Part shown: in pieces, positions 13,365-23,624 of the stretch
Layout of the letters: the number at the start of each line of letters is the position of its first letter
Numbering within the stretch: position 1 is the first letter of the stretch
Source of the DNA: Gordius albopunctatus
Lineage: Eukaryota
NCBI GenBank assembly: GCA_964276515.1
Contig: OZ193909.1
Coordinates: 5,208,001 to 5,272,000, forward strand
Length of the DNA: 64,000 nt
Reading direction: 5' to 3'
Made by a program: the position numbers and the translations under genes
The notes under the pieces: generated by a model
What the model was told of the DNA's origin: nothing
The model's database searches: none
What the model saw: the letters and a program-made list of their open reading frames with translations, nothing else

Positions 13365-13710
13365 AAACTAAACTGGCCGGTAAATGTCCGATATTTTTAA
13401 AACTAAAAGGAATTTTAGGATTCTAAAAAAGCTATTTTACCCCTGGCCGTTCTGGGCATCTACGCCTAAATTTTCGCGCAAATCGGGCCGGTAGTTTCAT
13501 AATTTAGCCCTTTTTTAAAACTAAATGTCCGATATTTTTAAAACTAAAAGGAATTTTAGGATTCTGAAAAAGCTATTTTACCCCTGGCCGCCCTGGACAT
13601 CTACGATTTAATTTTCGCGCGAATCGGGCCGGTAGTTTCAGAATTTATCTCTTACATACACACACACATATATCAATATATATATATAGACTTTACCTTA
13701 TATATATAGA
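13365..13710 (-). mobile_element. Helitron 5' portion with internal ~140-bp duplication
   Basis: Minus strand begins A|TCTATATATATAAGGTAAAGTC. Nearly identical to 18775-18963. The block TAAATGTCCGATATTTT...AATTTA is present twice. Confidence 0.85.
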
Positions 13711-14522
13711 TAACCCAATAATTGTATATCAGAAATTCGTTAACATGGGAGTTACATCGGACATCTATGCTGAAGCTGACGTGGTGTCAAATTAAATTTT
13801 ACTCTTGTTCTGCCACATCGAAATCCCATAATTTGACGCTTCCTCCGCGACTCAGAATTCAAAATGATTCTACCACTTCTTCCAACGGTTAAGAATCCTT
13901 GCCTTTAAAAGCGCCCAGTCTGAAAAAACTTCAAGATAATCTCAAAAATATGCTGCGGATTGTTTGTAGAATTTTCTATCCTAACACAATATTAAACCAA
14001 AATTTGTGAATATGATGCAAAACTCTTCCCATAAACAATATTATATCAACTAAGAAATGGGGATTCTTAGCCCATCGAGTGAGAAGGAGAGGTACCAAAT
14101 ACACCCTGACTTCCCTGCTTTGGCGTCCATCTCTATTAAGGGGACCCACGCGCAATGTAGGCTGGGTTACAAAGTATTCGGCTACATGCAAGCCGATTGC
14201 ATGCTCTGTATCTTACAAAATCATCGCAAAATTTCTCTGATAGTCAAATTTTTTGTTTTCCTCACTAAGTTAAATTAATCTCTCTTCATAGTGTAATTCT
14301 TCATGATTGATGGTCATTACCAAACGCTTAAGGTACATTATAATATTATCATGCATATATACACTGCAACTAAATTTGTTAAAGGCATCATTACCAACAT
14401 TATAAATAACATAGCCTTATACTCATTTGGCGCAAGAAGGTGCTCGACCTTAAATTGTAATTACTAAGCCTTTGGCATCTTCGCGGCAAAAATACATACA
14501 TACATAACCTATTCGATGTATT

Positions 14523-15940
14523 CTTGATTTTAAGTGATAAGTAAAGAATCGTGAAAACACGTTTCTCGTTCTATTCTCGAGGGCATCTTGCGTTCGTTAA
14601 TTTGTATGTTATTGTTAACAAATAATAAAGCGCAGCTGAAATTCGCTTATTAGGCCTTAGTATTTTACTTATTTTTTCCCCAAAAATTGTTGAGCCATAT
14701 AATTTAAATATTTTTTATAGATGTAATAAATTTCCTAATCATTATTTCCACATTTGGCTCAAAATTTAAATTAAATGTATTTTTTACAAAAATTCGGTAG
14801 AAAACAAAAAATTGTTGTTAATTATGTTATAGCTTTTGACATTTTTAGAACATTGCATATTATAAAGATTAAGTTCAAAAATAGGAAAGCTTTTTGGCAA
14901 ATATCTTGTATATCTTCCATTTTCGGAACGCACATACTTCATCTGATACTGACAATACACTATTCAAATAAAAAAACAGCATTGATATATAAATGATCTT
15001 TCCTCAATTAGTGTTGTTTGCATAAAGTATTTTGTTCTTTTATTTGCAAATTAATAATATAATTTCGCACACTAGATTTTCACACACGTGCCTTTAAGGA
15101 TTTGTAAGAACATGTAATCTTAAAATAAAAAACTCAATTAATGTCATATGTATAAAAGTTTTTTGTTCTTTAATTTAGCAAATTAATATGCAATTTCGCA
15201 CACTATATTTTCCCATCCTAAACTTCAATGATTTGTAAGAACATGTTTGCAAAAGAGCTAAAATTAAATTATTTATTTGTGATACATAATGTTTATAAAT
15301 AAAAAATTAACTTCTAAATTTAAGAAAAATATATATTTAAATGGCCATTTTTACAAATACAAAATTATATATGTTATCTGTCTCTTACAATTGATTTGAA
15401 ATAATCTTCAAATATTTAGAAATAAGAAAAGAGTTAATATGCACACACCACACCTTTGTTGTAACCATTACTATTTAATTGATTGCTCGCGGAATTTTAC
15501 TTAAGTCTACTTCAATTGACTCATTTATATTACCTTATATAACTCGCGACGTTAATTGACCTATTACATATAGCTCGCGGATTCCCCACTAAATGTTAAT
15601 TGACTTAATGTATTATTTCGATTCGTTCGCGATTATATAACACTTACTTTTCTCGCAAACGTTTCATTTTGATTTGGTATTTAATAAAGTATTTATTACT
15701 TAATAATTTGGTATTTACTTCCCGATACCTTTATATCAGAAGTTAAAAACACAAGGTTAATTTAATGTAAAAATGAAATTTGATATCATATATAGTAGAG
15801 TAAAAATTTTAAAATGCAGGATTTAAAATAATTAATGGAAGGCCAAACAGTAGCATAACGAACGCGATGTGTGCACTCGGGATCGAGAATAGAACCTTAG
15901 TGCGTTTCTACGATTCATTATTTTTCACTTAAAATCGAGA
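14523..15940. mobile_element. Degenerate element with ~80-bp inverted ends
   Basis: CTTGATTTTAAGTG...GTTCTATTCTCGA...GCGTTCGTTA (14523-14600) is mirrored by TAACGAACGC...TCGAGAATAGAAC...CACTTAAAATCGAG (15856-15940). Internal direct duplication at 15025-15115 / 15155-15250. No TSD resolved. Confidence 0.55.
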
Positions 15941-17821
15941 ATATATAGCCAGCGCCTACATACATTAAATGGGTGCATTAAAAGCAGACGATAAATTAAG
16001 GTGAGAATTATATTGTCGTACACTTAAATATTTTTAGAGAGGCACTCACTTATCACAAAGACGTTACATCACTATTATATCAAAGCTATCAATTCAATGC
16101 TGATCAAGAATACCAAATGGTACTTAAATGTCAATTTTGTATCTTGTGATTTGTGTAGCATCAGATAATTATATTTTTTTATGATTTGTGTATTTTTATC
16201 AAAAATAGTTTTATGTTGCACAATTTATAAATGATTTGCCAACTTCTAAAAATAAACTATTATTTAAGTGTCAAATAAAACATTTTTCAACTTGTAAAAT
16301 TGTTTATCAATCCTCTATAATTTTTAAAAGCATCCAATGGGTAATTTTAAAACTTGCTTAAATTTAAGTAAGCCATTTTTGAATGTTTTTTTAATATATA
16401 AACTTTATTGTAGTTTTCAAATTATAAATAAGCATTGAGTTGGGGACTATTGGTATAGGCAAACTTTAAAATTAGCCTATAATTAAAAATTATTTTTTTG
16501 ATGGCTTTTCTTTTTTAATGAAAAATAGAAAAGCCTGTACAGCTCCTTTTTAAGTTTAAAAAGCTTATGAATATTTATAACAAATATGGTCAAAAAACAA
16601 AACATTATTCCCCCCTTCTGCAAATTTATTAAAATCTTGGCTGCCTATGACTATATACATATATATGTCTGTAGAAATAGTAAAAGCATAAACTGGTAAT
16701 AAATTATACCAACTTAAATTTTATAATAATATCTATATGGAGTTAATATAGGGTAACCACAAATTATAATTTTGTAACATAAATTTTACTTATTATATTC
16801 TTGTTTTAAAAATGAAGGATCAAGTCACATTTTCCTTTATAAATTTTATTTTTAATCTTGCCTTAGCCTCTTTGAGTAAGTTATTAACACGGAAGGTTTT
16901 AATAATCCTCTAAAACTTTAAATATTTAATACTTAAATTAAAACCAAAAATGGAAACATTAATATTGATTATTTATTTTAAATTGGAATGTGCCTAACCT
17001 AAGATTTTAGTTTAAATTTGCTATCAAATCAAAATAATGAAATTATCATTTAAATTAGATTTAGGTACTCAAAGTAGATAGAAAATGATAATTACAAGAT
17101 TTTAACTGCTTTGACGCTAATACAATTTTGAATCAAAAAATGGTATATTTATTTGTTGTAAATTGTAAAATCTTAAATTTCTTTATGAACGTGAGACCAG
17201 AAAAATTTTAATTTGAACTCGGATCCCATATCAATTTAATTTTTTTATATATAATATAACAATTCATTTTAAATGTTAATTAAGAAAATTGATTATACAT
17301 GTAAAAGCTATTACTAATTATAGGAAACGGGGGGGTTAACTTTGGGTTATATCAACACTTAGGCAAATTGTAAAGATTGTTCTAATAATAAAGTAGTTTA
17401 TAAAAAATTATTTCTATTGCTCATTGTATTAATAAATAAGAATTGTGAAGAATACATAATGTAGTTTTATAAATATATTCTATCAATTAAAATTAAAAAT
17501 TTCTATTTTAGAAGTTAATAAAAAAGCTTCTTATTTTTTGTCTTTTTATTATAGATTTTCATGGTTTTTACAGCGTGTGTTGTATATTATAAAAAAATAA
17601 CCAGTTTCACAATTATCCCGTTATAAAGCGACAACCTAGACAGCTGCCAAAAGATATTTATATATAAAGGTAATTAGTCAGACTTGAAAACAAAAATGGA
17701 GTTTGGGCGAGGTCGAAAAAATAAAAGCCAGCCAGCGGTCTCTAGTCTAATAAAAGTCTTTTATCGAAGCATAATCTCCAGTCTTATATGTTTCCACAGC
17801 AATTATTAAAAAATTACAAGT

Positions 17822-17866
17822 GGACGGACAACCGAAAATGAGCTCCTAAATTGCATAGCAATTAAT
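17822..17866 (-). mobile_element. Helentron-like 5' end fragment
   Basis: Reverse complement of the ATTAATTGCTATGCAATTTA..GGTTGTCCGTCC start of the 19221 element. Confidence 0.75.
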
Positions 17867-18700
17867 AAGTCAAATTTTACTGATTTAAATCCAATTTGGC
17901 AACCACAATTGGAAATTTAGACGTTGAAGCTCTCGCTCTCCCGAAACAAATTGGAAAAGCGATCATCTCCAGCGTCTCTTTAGATTTGAAAGATTACTTT
18001 TTTATCAGGCAAAAGATCACAATGGAAATCGTGTTCGTGGTTAAATCCAACACGATTTCCATACACGGATCAATGCTATCCGTTTAGTTAGAGTGCGTTT
18101 TTATATTTTTTTTGTCGTGTATGTAATTTTTTGTATACCGTTTCATAAAGATTTATAATATTTAAAAAAAATTTTAGGGGTCTAAACAGATTTAGTGATT
18201 TATCATTAAATTAAATTCAAAATGAATTTTCTGGTTGAGGCCACTCGTTAGCTAGACACACATAAGAAAAATGTTAATTTGTTATAAATGCATTGGCATA
18301 ATATATTACATTAAATGCAATATTGAAATGATTACAAGCGCTAAACTTAAATATCGTTCAATTACTTAATTACCTTTTTCCTATTAAATACTTTCTTAAA
18401 AATTCTTCCTTGTACTGATATGAGTCGAACGCTTAAATTTTAAATTTAATTTGTTTTATTAATTTAATTAATGTTTTCGTATAGTTTTTAAAGGAACCAA
18501 CCTTTTTAAAAATTTAAAAATGGTTTAGAAGTTCGTAAATCCTAATCATTTGCCAAAAAACATATGGCCAAGTACAATTTTAAATCGTTCGCCGATTTTC
18601 GGCCAATTTAGGAAGATCCTCTCGATGATGCTATATCAGAATAGTTTATCATTTTATTTGAAGCTTTTTTGTCTTTTATATTTTATGTATTTATATTATA

Positions 18701-18963
18701 CTAGATAAGCCCGGCAAACGTTGTTTTGCCATATACATTATATCTGAAAAATTAATAAACTTACTATAAGTGTGATGAAACTGGCCGGGAAATGTCCGAT
18801 ATATTTAAAACGAAAAGGTATTTTAGGATTCTGAAAAATCTATTTTACCCCTGGCCGCCCTGGGCATCTACGGTTAAATTTTCGCGTGGATCGGGCCGGT
18901 AGTTTCAGAATTTAGCCCCTACATACACACATACATACATAGACTTTACTTTATATATATAGA
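18701..18963 (-). mobile_element. Complete non-autonomous Helitron (263 bp)
   Basis: Minus strand: A|TC start, (TATG)n microsatellite, subterminal hairpin GGCAAAAC-AAC-GTTTGCC, CTAG|T end. Inserted in an AT target with no TSD. Confidence 0.9.
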
Positions 18964-19220
18964 TTACTGTCAACGGATTTTTAACAAATAAACTTTTAAA
19001 AAATAAATAAATTCACTGCAAATAAATATATTTAATAAAAAATTAAAAATTTATATTTTAATGCTACATAAAAATTCAATTTAAAATTAAAACTGAAGAG
19101 TGCATTGTGTACAATAACAACTTATGCATGCAATTGTGAGAAGTTTGTCAGTGTTGAGAAGATTTTAAGTATACCTAAAGTTTAGTGATCAAAATGTTAA
19201 TTAAACTAGCTTAGATATTT

Positions 19221-21748
19221 ATTAATTGCTATGCAATTTATGGGCTCGTTTTTGGTTGTCCGTCCGTCCGTCTACCAAGTTATTTACACCAGCTTCCCGA
19301 CCTGGAGGTTGCGGGTTCGAGACCCGGAGAGGACAAAATTTTTTTTTTTTTTAATTAAATTAATATTTTTTTCTTGTTAATACCATTGATAATATGACTT
19401 TTTGACCGTCCGCAGGCTACTGACCAATGAAAAAATGACCACTGGCTAGATAAATCGAAATTTTTAATTTTTCGTTTTTGAATAGTTTAACATTGATAAT
19501 TACCCTATACCGTCCCCTACAAGGGCCTATGGCTCTATTTATATGGTTCCCTGTTCACCTCCAAAGGCTTATGCCTCTATTTAATGTGGGTTTGAATCCC
19601 TGCGAACGTTCTAAATTGATGGTTCGAGACCCGGAGAGGACAAAAATTTTTACTTTTTTTTAAATTAATATATTGTTCTTGTTAATACCATTGATAATAT
19701 GAATTTTTGACCGTCCGCAGGCTACTGACCAATGAAAAAATGACCACTTGCCAGATAAATCGAAATTTTTAATTTTTCGTTTTTGAATAGTTTAACATTG
19801 ATAATTACCCTATGCCCTCCCCTACAAGGGCCTATGGCTCTATTTATATGGTTCCCTGTTCCCCTCCAAAGGCTTATGCCTCTATTTAATGTGGGTTCGA
19901 ATCCCGGAGATGGCAAAATTTTTATTTTTTTAATTAATTTAATATTTTGTTCTTGTTAATACCATTGATAATATGACTTTTTGACCGTCCACTGGCTACT
20001 GACCAATGAAAAAATGAACATTGGCCAAATAAATCCTAATTTTTTGTTCGTTTTTGAATAGGTTAACATTGATAATTACCCTATACTTTTTAATAATTGC
20101 TATGCAATTTATCTAGTTTTTGGGTTAGAATCCCGGAGTTTTTTTTGACTCTTATGATTGTTCTTGTTACTATCAATGATAATAAGACTTTTTGGCCGTC
20201 CGCTGGCTGCTGACCAATGAAAAAAATGACCATTGGCCAAAATGTGTATCCGAGTTTATTTTTTCGTTTTTTTTGAATATTATGATTGTTCCTGTTCCTA
20301 CCATTGCTATTATGACTTTTTGGCCGTCCGCTGGCTGCTGACCAATGGAATAAAATGACCATTGGCCAAAATGTGATTCGAAAATTTTTTTTTCGTTTTT
20401 TTTTGACTGTTATGAATTTATATCCACTTTTACCGTGTCCTGGCTGCTGACCAATGGAAAAAAATGACCATTGGCCAAAATGTGAATCGAAATTATTTTT
20501 TCCGTTTTTTTTTGACTATTATGATTGTTCCTGTTCCTACCATTGCTATTATGACTTTTTGGCCGCCCGCTGGCTGCTGACCAATGGAATAAAATGACCA
20601 TTGGCCAAAATGTGATTCGAAAACTTTTTTTTCGTTTTTTTTTGACTGTTATGAATTTATATCCACTTTTACCGTGTCCTGGCTGCTGACCAATGGAAAA
20701 AAAATGACCATTGGCCAAAATGTGTATCCGAGTTTATTTTTTCGTTTTTTTTGAATATTATGATTGTTCCTGTTCCTACCATTGCTATTATGACTTTTTG
20801 GCCGTCCGCTGGCTGCTGACCAATGGAATAAAATTACCATTGGCCAAAATGTGATTCGAAAATTTTTTTTTCGTTTTTTTTTGACCATTATGAATTTATA
20901 TCCACTTTTACCGTGTCCTGGCTGCTGACCAATGGAAAAAAATGACCATTGGCCAAAATGTGAATCGAAATTATTTTTTCCGTTTTTTTTTGACTATTAT
21001 GATTGTTCCTGTTCCTACCATTGCTATTATGACTTTTTGGCCGTCCGCTGGCTGCTGACCAATGGAATAAAATAACCATTGGCCAAAATGTGATTCGAAA
21101 ACTTTTTTTTCGTTTTTTTTGACTATTATGAATTTATATCCACTTTTACCGTGTCCTGGCTGCTGACCAATGGAAAAAAATGACCATTGGCCAAAATGTG
21201 AATCGAAATTATTTTTTCCGTTTTTTTTTGACTATTATGATTGTTCCTGTTCCTACCATTGCTATTATGACTTTTTGGCCGTCCGCTGGCTGCTGACCAA
21301 TGGAATAAAATAACCATTGGCCAAAATGTGATTCGAAAACTTTTTTTTCGTTTTTTTTGACTATTATGAATTTATATCCACTTTTACCGTGTCCTGGCTG
21401 CTGACCAATGGAAAAAATGACCTTTGGCCAAAATGTGATTCGAAAATTTTTTTTTCGTTTTTTTGACTATTATGATTGTTCCTGTTCCTACCATTGCTAT
21501 TATGACTTTTTGGTAATACAACTGTTTCCCGTAGAATTTAACTAACCATAAAGCTTCCCCTTCGCTCTCTCTCTCCCCCTTTATGATATTTGGCATATAC
21601 ACTTATTTAGTGCTTCCAACCTTCGTTTTGCAATATTCACGTAAGTATTTCCATAAATTGCATAGCAAATATGATACATTTATACGGAGTGTAAATGAGT
21701 TCCCCCTTCCCTCCCCTTCCCCCTTCCCACGAGGGCCGAAGGCCCGAG
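19221..21748 (+). mobile_element. Non-autonomous Helentron/DINE-1-like element carrying a tandem array
   Basis: T-rich flanks; subterminal IR TTGCTATGCAATTTATGG (19226) / CCATAAATTGCATAGCAA (21651); (GTCC)n microsatellite near the 5' end; 3' hairpin GGGCCGAAGGCCC (21733-21745) followed by a T run; no TSD. A second 5' subTIR at ~20097 suggests a nested copy. Confidence 0.85.
20160..21510 (+). repeat. Higher-order tandem array (~130 + ~109 nt dimer, about 5 copies)
   Basis: Core TGACCAATGG-A-rich-CCATTGGCCAAAATGTG at 20211, 20339, 20448, 20578, 20687, 20817, 20926, 21056, 21164, 21294, 21402, with alternating spacing of 128-130 and 108-109 nt. Confidence 0.95.
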
Positions 21749-23013
21749 TTTTTATTACTTATTTTGTATAAATTTGCAAGCTATTAAATACTAACATTAA
21801 AATATGTTGTTTTAATAATTAATTATACCGCCATCTTGAAATATATTTTTGTAAAAATGTAATTTTTCCAATTTTTTGGCCATCTTATAGCCTACCTAAA
21901 CCTTTGACGATTGATATTTGATAAAGTTTCATGGAGGAGTTCAGATTATCAAAATAATCATTTCAAATTAAGTCCAAATAGTTTGTCGCTATTTTGATTT
22001 TTGACTACAAAAATGTACCCACAAATGTTTTAGGTTTTACGTTGGAGTATTTTGATAAAGAACTTTTTTAATATGAAAATACACTAAAAATTAAAAAGAT
22101 AGCGTCAATACTTACAAGTTTGGCATAGGGGTTTAGAGATTAACATACGTGGAATAAAAAAAACTTGATGAGGTTGAACAATTAAAGTTGGGATTATTTT
22201 AAATTTTAAAGCTGTATGATATATAAGAATTTTGCAAGTTTAATAATAAAAAAGCATTTAAACGCGCCCCAGCGTGATTTTGACCATGAACGTCCATCCC
22301 AAAAACGTATTGTCCCAAAATGGCCAAATTTTAAAAAATACTATAATATATGAGGCCACATCCTAAATAAATATCCAAACCTTAGTTTGTAATGGCCAAT
22401 AAAAATTTGTGTTTAACTTTTGTTTAAATAATGCTAGTACTTATTAAATTTTTGTCAAAACTATTACATAAGATTGTTATAATATTAATATATTTGATGT
22501 GTGAATGTGATTTTACTACATTCAAATATTAGTAAAATAAATTTTGTAGTCTTAACCCAGCCCCCCCCCCCCCACAAAATAGTATCCTGTATAGGCACGC
22601 CCCTGTATGAAAATAATATAAAAATGGGAAATAAATTTATTTACATTTAATCATCGATGGTTTTAAATAGTTAACAAGCCATGGGGCGCATTGTTATAAT
22701 GTACAATTTAAAAATTTGATAATTCGATACATATGGTTAAAAATTTTGCATGACGCGATTTGTAGTTGTTTTGGAACTAACAACTGTTTAAAAACCCCGT
22801 TTTTGATTATCGCATATAATTTTGCACTGGGCTAATGTTCCTTAAACCGAGGATCTTTAAGTAAAATCCAGTTCTTTTAAAACTTACTTTTGCACAAAAT
22901 TTTTCAAAATAAGTTTCTTTATAGGAAAAGCTCCATGAACTACTTAAAATTGGCAATATTATTTAAAAAATTCATAGTTTTAATGGAATTTTGCATTTGA
23001 TATATTGCACTAT

Positions 23014-23284
23014 TGTCGTTTATGTGAATACGTGAAAGAAGAATAGTTTAATTTAATACAACTTTTATTTGTATATCATTTTCCACAGGTTATATTATTG
23101 CCATAATTAAATATTTTAATATTGTAAGCCTAAGCCGAGTTGGTAAAAACCATATGTTTTACTTCTATTAATTCTTTTTTTGTCTTAAATTTGTTTTATT
23201 ATTCGTTAATATGTGCCCTCCTTGGTCCTACTATTTAATAAAGATTAATTATCCTTTATCTTTCTATTTATCAACTATATAACA
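23014..23284 (+). repeat. Interspersed repeat (TG-start, possibly a short solo LTR); second copy at 46902-47355
   Basis: TGTCGTWTATGTGAATACGTGAAAGAAGAATAGTTTAATTTA...AAGCCGAGTTGGT...TAAAGATTAATTAT occurs at both loci. No TSD confirmed. Confidence 0.75.
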
Positions 23285-23624
23285 ATAATATCATATAGCA
23301 CGCGTTAATAGATCGTTCTTGTTAGCTCAATATTTTTTAATATTAAACGTAGTCCCCAATAAATATTCTAACCCAAACCCGCCTCTCATGATAACAGCAT
23401 TATAGCATTGTTCTTCATACATTGAATATGATGATGAGGGTTAAAATCTTCTAAAGCATTATAGCATATTAACACCAGTAATAAAAGTGTTTGCTACTGT
23501 CCAATTTTTCTGTGATAAAACGATGATATTCATTAATTTATTTTAATTGTATGGAACAATTAAATTTAAAGAAAATACAATACACGTGCGTCTTAATAAA
23601 TTGAATTTATCGATATTTTGTAAG

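Noticed and set aside
16742..16757. RFX X-box for IFT88 (GTTAATATAGGGTAAC)
   Set aside because: Poor fit to the consensus, and the transcription start is unknown.
18222..18251. MNFLVEATR as the IFT88 'VNELVEES' exon
   Set aside because: Bounded by in-frame stops on both sides with no usable splice sites.
20160..21510. CRISPR array (palindromic repeat with spacers)
   Set aside because: The linkers are themselves repeated rather than unique, are 75-100 nt long, have no cas genes nearby and sit inside a eukaryotic Helentron-type element.
20090..21602. Repeated minus-strand ORFs (MVILFHWSAASGRPK...) as a peptide gene family, also at 36324-37406
   Set aside because: They are translations of the tandem array; variable A/T-run lengths shift frames freely between copies.
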